DNA of 63,367 nucleotides, filler included, from Saprolegnia diclina VS20 (Eukaryota): NCBI RefSeq assembly GCF_000281045.1. It is 8 parts of 2 records of this genome, joined end to end, with 100 filler letters (N's around TTAATTAATTAA, not from the genome) between each part and the next. Parts side by side here need not be neighbours in the genome. Positions count along the whole stretch, not along the records: positions 18,156 to 41,754 come from NW_008246082.1; positions 41,855 to 47,888 come from NW_008246082.1; positions 47,989 to 52,288 come from NW_008246082.1; 5 more parts are not named here. One strand, 5' to 3'. Shown piece by piece: positions 38,957 to 50,291 of this stretch (position 1 is its first letter; each line of letters starts with the position of its first letter). The notes under the pieces were generated by a model. It saw only the letters and a program-made list of their open reading frames with translations, ran no database searches and was not told where the DNA came from. The position numbers and the translations under genes were made by a program.

Positions 38957-39783
38957 CGTGCATTGGCCTGCGTCGGTCGTTGATAGGCCATCAATAAACG
39001 TATAAACTTTTTCGTGTGTAGCGACGATATATGGCATGCTTGCAACCCTCGACATTCGATACGCCATAGCGTCAGACAATAAGCTGCGAGGTGCTGGAAA
39101 TAATTCCAGCATTTTTCATTGCTTTCTACATTTTGGCCACGCACCGCTACGGCAGGCGTGAGGCTTGTCGATTCCGAATCGAATCTTTTGCAATTTTCAC
39201 CAATCGCTGGGATATTCTCAGGGGCGCTTTCTCTAGCTCTAGAGAGGTCGTATGCCAACGTGCGTGGCTATCAAAGACTTGCAAGCATATATATAACTCG
39301 CCAACGATTTTTTTCCAGCATATTTCGTCTAGATATTCAACGCGAGCCCATGCATGGCGCTCTCAGCCTTCATAATTCTAGACAGATGTCCTTGGCCACT
39401 GAAATGACCCCAGCGTTGTGGCTACGCGCATATAGCGTGGTTTCGAAAATGCCATTTTATTCTAATCAATGCACTGAAAAATCACACAGGAATAACACCT
39501 AGTGAACCTCACTAGCGACTTGTAGTGGGCCGTTGAAAATAATCCCAGCATTTTCCAATATTTACTTGACGCAAAGCTTGTTGCCGTCGCTGCGCTTGAT
39601 CTTGAATGTCGACATTGAGTTATCAATGTCGACCTCAAGTGGTCAAGCGCTTTTATAGAAGCGGCAATGGCGGTGCATATGTATCCGGAAGCTTATCCGG
39701 ATGAAAGGTGCTCGGCGTCGTTGCTCGGCAGCGTGGTGACGTGGTTTGAAGTTTTTTATGGAGTCGTATGTTTTGTTCGATAT
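38926..39783 (+). repeat. 858-bp segment repeated at 42590-43447; its first about 90 bp also at 39884
   Basis: Sequence and ORF translations look identical (offset 3664); each extra copy begins immediately after an N gap. Confidence 0.9.
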
Positions 39784-40335
39784 NNNNNNNNNNNNNNNNN
39801 NNNNNNNNNNNNNNNNNNNNNNNNNNNNNNNNNNNNNNNNNNNNNNNNNNNNNNNNNNNNNNNNNNNNNNNNNNNNNNNNNNNGTGGCAGTGCATCGCAG
39901 CGACCCCCCACTAACGTGCATTGGCCTGCGTCGGTCGTTGATAGGCCATCAATAAACGTATAAACTTTTTCGTGTGTATGCTAAGACCATGGACACCAAG
40001 ACACAAGCTGCGAGCCAATCAACATCTCGACGTGCGCCGCGAGCCATTGTATCGTTGTACGCGCGACAAGGACCTTTGCTTGAAAGTTCTAAAGCGGTTG
40101 TCTCAATGGCGTTGGCTCTGAGGCGACGGCTTGGAAGGCTCCGGTATCTGCTCGGACGCTTCGGGCTCTAACACCTGCAGTTGGGCGAGCTCTGAAGCGG
40201 GCGGCTTGTAGGTACCAGACTCTGGAGCTATGACCAAGCGTATAGAATAGATGCCCTTGCTATGGCTCGACTTCGAAGCGATGTATACCCTTGCTATGGC
40301 ACAGCTTCGAAGCGGGTCCTCCGTTGACCGGTCTA

Positions 40336-40763
40336 GTCCGGGTGCGGCTGCACGTGCACGAGTCGTCCGGCGCGCTCCACGGGGTCCACTCGCTCGCCAT
40401 GCACATGACGGCGCACGCCAGGTTCTCCTGCGTATCCGGGCACTGGTAGCCGCCGTTTTGCATCGGGATAATCACCTTGCGGTTGCGGACCTGGATACCC
40501 GTGCATTCGTCGCACTCGCCCCACTCGCCCCAGTCGTCCATGACGCAGTCTACGGCGCAGTCGCGCTCTTCGCTCGTGGCGCACGGCGCTTGGTCGGTAG
40601 ATGGCGGGTTCACGATCGCACGCGACCGCGTCTGCTTCGCCGTCGTCTGGTCGCACACCGACCACTCCCCCCACGGGTTGTGCGCGTGGCCGCAGATCTC
40701 TTGACAGCTGCGCTTCTCGGACGTCGGGCCCGCGGCCTGGCCGCCGTTGCACGCCGCGTTCAC
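40336..40763 (-). pseudogene. Thrombospondin type-1 (spondin-like) repeat gene fragment A
   Basis: NPWGEWSVCD...QTRSRAIV, DCVMDDWGEWGECDECTGIQVRNRKVIIPMQNGGYQCP, CMASEWTPWS; no start or signal peptide; abuts the transposase remnant. Confidence 0.8.
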
Positions 40764-41144
40764 AGAGTTGAATATCCCATCGAAGCCTACTGGGGGGCAG
40801 CCAAGCGCTACGCTCGGGCCAACTGCGACTACTCGTTCGAAGGACTCAAGACTTGCGTACCAAAAAGCCTCGAAAGCGTCCCGTTGGCATCGATTCGCAA
40901 GTATTTTCGTCGATGCGGACATTTCATCGAATCGTACCATTTGGGTTGCGACTACGAGCTGACGAAGTATGCCCACAAGAAGTACAGATGTCACAGACGA
41001 ATTCCCGACTCGATTTTACAAGAAAAAGATGCGATAATTGCCGAAATGAAACAAAAATAGTCGGTTATTTTTTAAAAAATAGCTCGAGATTTCTTGGTCA
41101 GAATTTGGCCGTTTGTCAGTCTTTACGTGACGTGCTTCATACTG
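40764..41144 (+). mobile_element. 3' fragment of a Tc1/mariner-like DDE transposase with putative right terminus
   Basis: ELN(+2 nt)PIEAYWGAAKRYARANCDYSFEGLKTCVPKSLESVPLASIRKYFRRCGHFIESY...KKYRCHRRIP, stop at 41060, then an AT-rich tail ending ...GCTTCATACTG (CAGT on the reverse strand, as in Tc1 TIRs). Confidence 0.8.
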
Positions 41145-41854
41145 TCGCCGCAGCAGCCCGGTTGTTTCCACATCAATGACCATATCCGGATATCCGGATG
41201 GTAAACGGTCAAGTGACGTCACTTTAATCAGTCGAATAAAAGTCCATACCAATATCAAGTTGTTTTATTTTGTGCTTTGGCTAAATCCACGCCTTGTTTG
41301 GACGCTGGCACTTGGTGTCCGTTGAATTTATCGCGCACCACAGAGCTTTCAATGCCACAAATATGGTGAGTGTACACTTGTAGTGTTAGTGTGTCGGTCG
41401 GTGAGGCCATTTACGAAGGTTTGCGTAGCGGAAACCCTACGACAAGTTATCCTTTGCGTGTTTTTAGATTGGTGAATCAAAGCGCACACCATGGAAAAGG
41501 GGTACGAGGACGGGGGCACACGCGCTCAGCACCGCACTCGTCTCGACCGTTCGCATGCGAAGGCATATCCATGCCCATTCAGGGTCGCCCCTGTGCCCAT
41601 CTGTCGCGACACTATACTCCTCCTTGCACAGTAAAGCGTCACGCCATAGCCTTCAACACCACTCGATTGATACCGATACCCAATCTCAGAATTGGTCAGA
41701 GCTGCCCCACTACACGATGTCAAGGCCTCACCGCAAGATGACCAAGCACGTTTGNNNNNNNNNNNNNNNNNNNNNNNNNNNNNNNNNNNNNNNNNNNNTT
41801 AATTAATTAANNNNNNNNNNNNNNNNNNNNNNNNNNNNNNNNNNNNNNNNNNNN

Positions 41855-42013
41855 AGCTGGCACGTGCCGCCGTTGATGGCCGGCGCGATATCCGTCCGGG
41901 CGCGGCTGCACGTTCAACACTCGATTGATACCGATACCCAATCTCAGAATTGGTCAGAGCTGCCCCACTACACGATGTCAAGGCCTCACCGCAAGATGAC
42001 CAAGCACGTTTGC
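41855..42013 (+). repeat. Segment shared with 45112-45207 (TSP1 junction) and 41652-41754
   Basis: Direct sequence identity; all copies sit at contig ends. Confidence 0.85.
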
Positions 42014-43327
42014 CAGTGCGTCGCACCGAGCGCATGGGACGTGCAGATCGTGGCAATGATGTGATCTGCGCTGCCACTTGTCGATGCACACGGTGGCGAC
42101 GAGGTGCGCCGTCCATGCGTGTGCTCCTAGCGGGAACTAGCGCTGGGGAAGCGAGTGGATCGACGTTGCGTGGTCACCGAGGAGACGGTCGGCGTTTGTC
42201 GAGCTTGAGGATGGCCACGTCAGTAGTCAATCCGTGTTTGAATCTGACCAATTGGGTGCGATCATGTTGGCTGTTTCAGCCAATCGTGATGCGTCTGAAT
42301 GAGTTGAGTCCTTCTAGCTTTTAAAGATGTTTGAAACAGGCAATTCAGTGCCACACGACTAGAAAAACGCCACTTATCATGCTGCGTTTAGCCAAAAGAT
42401 CAAATTTCGGTCGACGATTAATGNNNNNNNNNNNNNNNNNNNNNNNNNNNNNNNNNNNNNNNNNNNNNNNNNNNNNNNNNNNNNNNNNNNNNNNNNNNNN
42501 NNNNNNNNNNNNNNNNNNNNNNNNNNNNNNNNNNNNNNNNNNNNNNNNNNNNNNNNNNNNNNNNNNNNNNNNNNNNNNNNNNNNNNNNNGTGGCAGTGCA
42601 TCGCAGCGACCCCCCACTAACGTGCATTGGCCTGCGTCGGTCGTTGATAGGCCATCAATAAACGTATAAACTTTTTCGTGTGTAGCGACGATATATGGCA
42701 TGCTTGCAACCCTCGACATTCGATACGCCATAGCGTCAGACAATAAGCTGCGAGGTGCTGGAAATAATTCCAGCATTTTTCATTGCTTTCTACATTTTGG
42801 CCACGCACCGCTACGGCAGGCGTGAGGCTTGTCGATTCCGAATCGAATCTTTTGCAATTTTCACCAATCGCTGGGATATTCTCAGGGGCGCTTTCTCTAG
42901 CTCTAGAGAGGTCGTATGCCAACGTGCGTGGCTATCAAAGACTTGCAAGCATATATATAACTCGCCAACGATTTTTTTCCAGCATATTTCGTCTAGATAT
43001 TCAACGCGAGCCCATGCATGGCGCTCTCAGCCTTCATAATTCTAGACAGATGTCCTTGGCCACTGAAATGACCCCAGCGTTGTGGCTACGCGCATATAGC
43101 GTGGTTTCGAAAATGCCATTTTATTCTAATCAATGCACTGAAAAATCACACAGGAATAACACCTAGTGAACCTCACTAGCGACTTGTAGTGGGCCGTTGA
43201 AAATAATCCCAGCATTTTCCAATATTTACTTGACGCAAAGCTTGTTGCCGTCGCTGCGCTTGATCTTGAATGTCGACATTGAGTTATCAATGTCGACCTC
43301 AAGTGGTCAAGCGCTTTTATAGAAGCG

Positions 43328-43785
43328 GCAATGGCGGTGCATATGTATCCGGAAGCTTATCCGGATGAAAGGTGCTCGGCGTCGTTGCTCGGCAGCGTGG
43401 TGACGTGGTTTGAAGTTTTTTATGGAGTCGTATGTTTTGTTCGATATGCATAGCCCACGACGCAGGGAGCCCAAAACCCAAAGAACGGGGCTCGTAGCGT
43501 GCCTACAACCCGAGCTCGTTGCTATTGAAATGTCGTGGTCGACTGATACACTGATACTAGATGCAGTATCAGTTTTTGCCAACTTGAACGACGCACAACA
43601 CAGGCTGTAGGCACGCTACGAGCCCCGTTCTTTGGGTTTTGGGCTCCCTGCGTCGTGGGCTATGGATATCGAACAAAACATACGACTCCATAAAAAACTT
43701 CAAACCACGTCACCACGCTGCCGAGCAACGACGCCGAGCACCTTTCATCCGGATAATCTTCCGGATACATATGCACCGCCATTGC
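43328..43785. repeat. 458-bp foldback: 180-bp inverted arms (43328-43507 and 43606-43785) around a 98-bp spacer
   Basis: Arms are reverse complements with two mismatches seen; mirrored translations in ORFs 43307(-) and 43639(+). Confidence 0.92.
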
Positions 43786-44091
43786 GGTCCGACCGATACC
43801 AGCGCACGACCCAGCAGTGTACCAACTTGTCCCCATCGACCCGTGCCCTAGACCTCTCATTGTCACACATACACGCGACATTGTTGTATGCAACTCGACA
43901 TGCGTGTCGAGTAGACGCTATCAATCAACATGAGACCCATCACGACGGCTCGACGGCAGAGTGACCAGCAAAATTTGAACGACTATGACTCTATTGACGA
44001 TGGTAGTTGCTACTCGTAGTAGCACTCACGATAAGAGGAAGGACAGCATGGCGCCCGAACAGCGGCGCGCGAGAGACGGGATATTTGGCGC

Positions 44092-45171
44092 TTACACGGC
44101 CTGGCGCGAGATCGAGTTGTAGCCGTGACGCTGGCACGTCGTGAAGAAGCCGACGAGGAACACCGCCGCCCGAGGCTGCGGCCGCGAGGGCGTACGACTT
44201 GTTGCTGGCGAGCATGGTCATGAACGAGATGCTGGACGTGGTCGAGTACTCGGGGTAGTTGCCGTCGATATCGTGGGCGGTGGCAAACTCCTGGCACGTC
44301 GCACGGCCGTTGAGCGACGGCTGCGTGATCTCGCCCGAGGCGGGGTCGATGGCGCAGTCGACGGAGCACGTCTTTTGCTCTTCGACCAAGCACTCGTCGT
44401 TGCGGCCGCCGTTCTGCGCTGGGTAGTCGATGTTGATGGTGCGGCGCGAGAAGCCCTGCGCGCTGCAGTCCGACCACGCGCCCCAGGTATCACCCGGCAA
44501 GCAGTCGACGACGCACGTGTCGTGCTTGGAAAAGTCTTCACACTGACGGCCACCGTTGAGCGGCGGCGTAAGGATCGAGCGGGTCGAGACGACCTTGCCC
44601 GCGAGTTCGCCCTGCACGTTGCGCTCCATTCTGAGAGGACACAGTCGACCGAGCACGTGTCTTGCACGACGAGGTTGCACGTGAGGCCGTTCTGGGGCGG
44701 GTACAAGTACGTCGCCGTGCCGGTGCGAAGACCCGTTGTCGCGTCACACTCCGAGTATGTAAAGTCCGAGACGATGTCGGCGCACGAGCCGCAGCCCTGG
44801 TAGTCGACGAGCGTATCGCACGCCGCACCGCCGTTGTACGCTTGCTGAAACACTGAGCGCGTGCGCGTTTGCTGCTGCGTCTTCAAGTCGCACGAGCTCC
44901 ACTCGGACCAGTCGCTGAGGTCGCAGTCGACGTCGCAGTCGGTGAAGCCCTCGAGGTTGTCGGGACAGCTAGCGCCGCCGTTGCACTGCTTCTTCGTGAC
45001 GGTGCGCGTCGAGCGCTGCTTGCCGGCATAAGCACCGCTGAGAATGCACTCGCCAGGGACGCTCCAGTCGCTGACTGCGCAGTTCTGCGTGCACGTGGAG
45101 TCCGTGTCTGTGAGCTGGCACGTGCCGCCGTTGATGGCCGGCGCGATATCCGTCCGGGCGCGGCTGCACGT
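44092..45171 (-). pseudogene. TSP1-repeat membrane adhesin fragment B (C-terminal half), frameshifted
   Basis: Five to six repeats such as DCDLSDWSEWSSCD...QTRTRSV...NGGAAC. Frameshifts at about 44620 and 44165; the restored end reads YALAAAASG/VFLVGFFTTCQRHGYNSISRQAV*. In-frame TGA immediately upstream (45172-45174). Confidence 0.82.
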
Positions 45172-45307
45172 TCAACACTCGATTGATACCGATACCCAAT
45201 CTCAGAANNNNNNNNNNNNNNNNNNNNNNNNNNNNNNNNNNNNNNNNNNNNNNNNNNNNNNNNNNNNNNNNNNNNNNNNNNNNNNNNNNNNNNNNNNNNN
45301 NNNNNNN

Positions 45308-46209
45308 TCAGCGGCTGGAATATGTTCCGCGACCGCATTGTCGACAAAGACCTGCAAATCCGCCATGTCATACTCGATCAAGTCGTTTTCGTGGCCAACT
45401 AAAGCCGCCGGCAGCGGGACGCCGTGGTACAACATGTGGATCGGGAACCCGAAGGCTGGGGGCGCGGCTGGTGCGCGACGAGGCGGTTGGGCGCGAGCGA
45501 TGCCGAACTCGCGGGTGATCGTCGGCATGTTGCGGAGGTGCATGATGGCCAGGCGGCGGGTGCTGGCAAAGATCTTGACGCCGATGGCCACTTGCACCGA
45601 CGTGGCCGGTCCAATCCACTGGTGAAGCTTGGCGTTGAGGCGCGGGAGGCTCTCGTTCTTGAGCGCAATCTCGACGACGAAGTTGGGGAATGGACTGCGG
45701 CCGGCAGCTGCGAACACATCACCTCCAACGACGAGCCCAACGGGCGTCAGCGTAAAGTCGGGTTCGTACCCGACGCCGTTGATGTAGCACGTGGGGTTGC
45801 CCGCTCCCTCGAGGGTTTCAATGAGGTCCATGTTGTTGCCGATGCGCATCACACGTGTCTTGGCGTAGTTGCCGATACGGCAAGCCGTTCTCTCGTGCAC
45901 GAACGTCGGGAGGCTGTAGACGAGAAGACGGCCGTTGCCGGAGTCGTCGGCAAAGGGCTCGAAGGTCCACCGCCGCAGCACACCGTCGTGGGCTTCGAGC
46001 CACCGCTTGAAGCCGGCTTGCGACACGACAGGGCACACGACGACAGGCCCCCACGACGCGTCGGCGTCGTCTCCATCGCCCTCGATGTACGGCGCACTGG
46101 CTGACGGTGCACTGTCGATGACTTGGAGGGCGGCCTTGACGGCGACGACCTGGGCGTCCGAGATCTCGTAGCCGCGCCGGCTGCGATGACCAGTCGGCTC
46201 CGCGACCAT
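45308..46209 (-). CDS. Uma2-like / PD-(D/E)xK restriction-endonuclease-fold protein; 3' end runs into gap
   Basis: Intron-less ORF: LPTFVHERTA...YEPDFTL...FPNFVVEIALKNESLPRL...WIGPATSVQVAIGVKIF. Confidence 0.78.
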
Positions 46210-47086
46210 TGCCGAGGCTCGCACCGTCGGTCTCGAGATGGTGTTGATGCACNNNNNNNNNNNNNNNNNNNNNNNNNNNNNNNNNNNNNNNNNNNNNNNN
46301 NNNNNNNNNNNNNNNNNNNNNNNNNNNNNNNNNNNNNNNNNNNNNNNNNNNNCGATACCTCGCTGTGATTGGACAGCTTTAGTGTTGGTGGGCCGCCATT
46401 GGTCAATTTGTCGCTCATTGAGGCCAAGACTTGACTTATCGTGGCCAATTTCCTGACGGCAACCGACGCCTCGAGACCAGCGTCACCGACGACCAACGTC
46501 CAGATTGGGCGGATGATCGCACTCGAGCTCGAGCTCACGTGGACCAACATCTATGTCGAGTGCCGCGTGGAAGGGAGGAAGTCGCGCATGCTGCAGCCCG
46601 GAGGTGACGAGGACCAATCGGCGTGCGCCAGAGTTGGAAAAAAATGGGGCGTACTCGGGCGTGCGCACTAGTTCTATGTCGCGTAGCAACGGTCGGGGCC
46701 GTGGCCAGCATCAGCCTAAGCGCATTGCGTAGAGAGGCTTTGCAAGGCCCGCGAGGACGCGTGCTCGGCTGCGGCAAGCGCTACAACTTGCCGTAGCGGT
46801 GCTGCGAGGTCTTATGCCGATGCACGAGTAAAGTAGGAACTGCAATGGACGACTAGATTGTTTATGACGCTGCCGGCGAGCGGCAACCAGCAAGGACGGC
46901 GCTACCTCGCTGGGCACAAACACAAACCGGTGGTGGCTCAAGCTCGCCCATGGAGGTGCTCTGCACGCGAGCTGCAGCACAGCGCTGGTGATGGTTTTAA
47001 ACATTACGACCTTGATGCTCTTCGAATTGGTGGCCACGTGTTCGAGGTTAGGGAATGCCGATTTCGACGCCGTGTGCAGTTTGGCG

Positions 47087-47605
47087 TTATCGTGACGTAC
47101 GACGTACACGTACGCGATCGCGCGTGGAGCGACTTGCCGAGGCTGCGGTCGTACGCGCACTGGTTCGAACCCGTCCACACGCGTTTGACTTTGCAGCAGC
47201 GGAACTAAAGCCGAAAACTCTCCTTGGCGAGGCGGCAGCTCTTAACGTCAAACATGTCGGACAGCGTCGGCTTGTGCCACAAGACAATCGTGCGGTTGGC
47301 GCCAGACGAAAAGTAAACTCCAGGAACACGGGCATGGCATCGACAACGAGTGCAGCGGCAGCAGGCTGAACATCGTCCAACTTCAAGCGAGGCCACAGAT
47401 AGGGTAACCAGTGGCCATCGTCGCTCGGGGTACGGGGATCACTGCACATCGCCCAGCGCGGCGCCCGGAGCAACTGGAAAAAAGCCGCGAGAGGCGTACC
47501 GAGAGTCGGTGTGTTGACGCCGTTCAGAAAGATTAAGACGTGATGCGGTGACGCCAAGCACTGGACGATGCCCATGAGCACGTGGTCGGGGCCGGCGACG
47601 GCCAT
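47087..47605 (-). pseudogene. N-terminal fragment of a Saprolegnia-type F-box-like/LRR family protein
   Basis: PDHVLMGIVQCLASPHHVLIFL...TPLAAFFQLL...LWPRLKL...DAMPVF, then loss of coding character after about 100 aa. Confidence 0.45.
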
Positions 47606-47769
47606 CGGCGCTGCTTCGCACGGCTCATCGAAATCCCAACTTTTGCTTTTGATGCGCTGTGTTTGGCAACGCGATTTCGCATACTATAACACCATTAATA
47701 CAAATTGCACACTAATCAAACACCGTCTGGAAAGGGCACTTGACGAGCAAAGTGCAATCTGGCGCTCGC

Positions 47770-47888
47770 ATGGCCACGTTGCTCGACGCAGTGCTGCGCC
47801 AGCCCGAGCTCGTGGCCTTGGTCTTTGGCTACCAAGGTGGTGTCTTCGAAGACATTGCGCCCCGCTTCCGGCACTTTTACCTTTTCGT
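47770..47888 (+). CDS. N-terminus of a Saprolegnia-type ankyrin-repeat family protein, cut by gap
   Basis: MATLLDAVLRQPELVALVFGYQGGVFEDIAPRF resembles the leader of that expanded family; the repeats themselves are not visible. Confidence 0.5.
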
Positions 47889-47988
47889 NNNNNNNNNNNN
47901 NNNNNNNNNNNNNNNNNNNNNNNNNNNNNNNNTTAATTAATTAANNNNNNNNNNNNNNNNNNNNNNNNNNNNNNNNNNNNNNNNNNNN

Positions 47989-48979
47989 AGTGTATTGGCG
48001 CTCACGTCGACCTTTGGCAACGTCGACTTGCACCAAGCCAACTACAACTTGACGCAGTACTACAGGCTGCCGCTGCTTCGCTGAATAATGGCACATTTGC
48101 CTAGGATCCTCGCCCACGCCTCGGACCAGAGTATCCCGATCTTTTCCGGCGCGCCCAAGCCGCTCATCGCGAGCATGGGCAGCAAGTGGGCGGGCCACGG
48201 CGTCGACGGCCTCGGCGGCTCCATCGGCGTCGCCCCAAGCACGCCACCGAGCGAGAATCACGCGGTCTCGGCGCTGCTTCGCTTCGCCAAGGCGCATCCG
48301 AAGGAGCTCACAATCGTCGCCATTGGACCTGCGACCAATCTCGCGCTGGCTGCGATGCTCGATCCGACGTTCGTTGAGAACCTCAAGGAGGTTGTCGTCA
48401 TGCGCAAACGACGCACCATCACGTATCGACTGTGGATAGGTCATCTACATGGGCTGTACGACGCGAGGCCAAGGCAACACGACGCCGCACGCCGAGTTCA
48501 ACGTGGCGAGCGACCCCGAGGCCGCGCACATTCTCTTGACGCAGTTTGCATCGAAGCTCACGATCGTGAGCTGGGAGACCGTCTGTGACGCCCACCTGAC
48601 GTGGTCCTTTTACGACGAGCTGATTGCGCTACCAACGCCAACCGCTCGCTTTCTCCAGCGCATCTTCTCGGCGTACGAGCAGTACCGTCCGAGCGCCAGC
48701 AGCGGCAAGCAGCAAGAATTTATCCTCTGCGACGCGTACGCAACGGCGCTCCTCGTCGCTGACTGCGCGACGGACGTCTCGTTTGCCAATGGTTATGTCG
48801 AGCTCTCGCAAGGACCCACTCGCGGCGCATGCCACTGGGTTCCATCCAACGCACCTGCGACCAAGCTCGTGCACATGTTTGACGTTGACCGCTTCAAGGC
48901 CCTTCTCCGGCACTTGATGGAGGAGCGTGGCGCGCTGCATGGATCGATGCCTTCTGGCCGTTCCGCGACAACGTGCTAG
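47989..48979 (+). CDS. Inosine/uridine-preferring nucleoside hydrolase family protein, 5' end in gap
   Basis: ALTSTFGNV, GHGVDGLG, LTIVAIGPATNLALA, GNTTPHAEFNVASDPEAAHI, ILCDAYA; two short introns. Confidence 0.92.
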
Positions 48980-49031
48980 ACGACTGCCACTAAGACTCGA
49001 TAAGAAGACGCTACTCGTGTTGGTCCCATAG

Positions 49032-50185
49032 TTATGGCGGTGGTGTGACAACCATGGTTTCGAGCGCCGACGTGATTGTACCGAGCCCGTCCAGCTCGGG
49101 CAGCGCGCGCGGACGGTGGTGCGACTGGGTGTTGTAGCCGTAGTAGGCGGAGAGCGCGCTTTGGGCCTTCTCGGCGTGCGCGGTGGCCGTTTGGCGCTCG
49201 ACAGCGGCGCCTGCACTCTCACTTTGCACTTGGTCGCGCTTCCGGAAAAACGTGTTGGCGCTCACGAGGCGGGGCTTCTTACTGCGCACCAATCCGCTAT
49301 CGACGCCAACGACAGTCGGCGGCCCCGATACGAGCGGGATCGGGCTCATGTCGCTCGGGTGACGCTGCAGTGCGACGCTCGGTGGGTCCGCCGCATACAC
49401 GAGGCGCTTCATGAACCAGTCGCCGACGCTGCTGCGCGCAGTGGTTTGCAAAAGCACGTTGACTTCGGTCGCGCACTTGGTCGTCTCGTCAACCATCATC
49501 GCGTCGACGAGATCGCCATTCACATAGATGGGCGGCAGTGCCTACGTTGAGATGAGACGCATCCATTTCACGAGCTTGGGGCGTGCCTTTTGCAGGTCCA
49601 AGTTGGTGCAGACCAGAACGTAGCGCTGGTACGTCCGCTTCCCGGCCGGCGCCTGCGCATACAGCGAGCACTCGAGCATCGTGTTAGTCCTACGACACTG
49701 CACTGTCGCTGGTTGCAATACGAACGTCTCCTACTTGAGCAGGAGCTTGGAGCTGTGGTACAAGAGTCGCGGTGTCACGGGCAGCTCCGATTCGTCGTCG
49801 AGGGCGGCGAGCTTGGTCGTCTTCTTCTCGAGCGCCGTCGCCTCCTTGACGTTGAGTGCGTGCAGGGTGGAGAAGGACACGTGCGAGTGTCGCTTTTGCT
49901 CGGACGCAAACGCCACCTTGCAGACCTCACTAGTTGGAATGTGGATTCGAGAGGCCCCAGATCTGGCAGCTGGACGTACCAGAAGATCGGGGCGTCGTTC
50001 GCAGCCGTGCGCTGAAGGTAGGCCCGCGTCGACTTGCGCAGGTGCGCGACGTACTCGGTTGTGAGGATGCGTCGCTTGAGGCCACCAACGCCAAAGAAAG
50101 AGGCTTTGCGCCGGCCATTTTCGGCCAGTCTCGGCGACAGCTCCATGGCCGCCGGCAGACGCCTCGCCTTTGGACGTGTCGCCAT
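49032..50185 (-). CDS. Hypothetical multi-exon protein
   Basis: ORFs 49775, 49731 and 49032 linked by GT-AG introns; coding-like codon bias; no domain recognised. Confidence 0.6.
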
Positions 50186-50291
50186 GGTCGGTCGCGCTAA
50201 GAATAGCCACCACTTCCTATCTCATCACAAGTGCTCGAAGACGTAGTAGGAAACGATTATGAAAAACTTTGATGGACGACGCTGCGTCGCG

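Noticed and set aside
40300..40337. CTAG|T with small upstream palindromes as a Helitron 3' end
   Set aside because: The hairpin is weak and the TSP1-like PVNGG motif continues through the site.
40251..41060. 269-aa (+) and 244-aa (-) ORFs as real chimeric proteins
   Set aside because: Each is half antisense read-through across the TSP1/transposase junction.
42590..43447. Apparent tandem duplication of the region downstream of the MSS51-C-like gene
   Set aside because: Looks identical to 38926-39783 and starts at a gap edge, so unmerged overlap or haplotype redundancy is more likely than a real duplication.
46353..47208. Short ORFs (76 and 116 aa) as a possible recombinase or TE gene
   Set aside because: No catalytic motif recognised; interrupted by stops.
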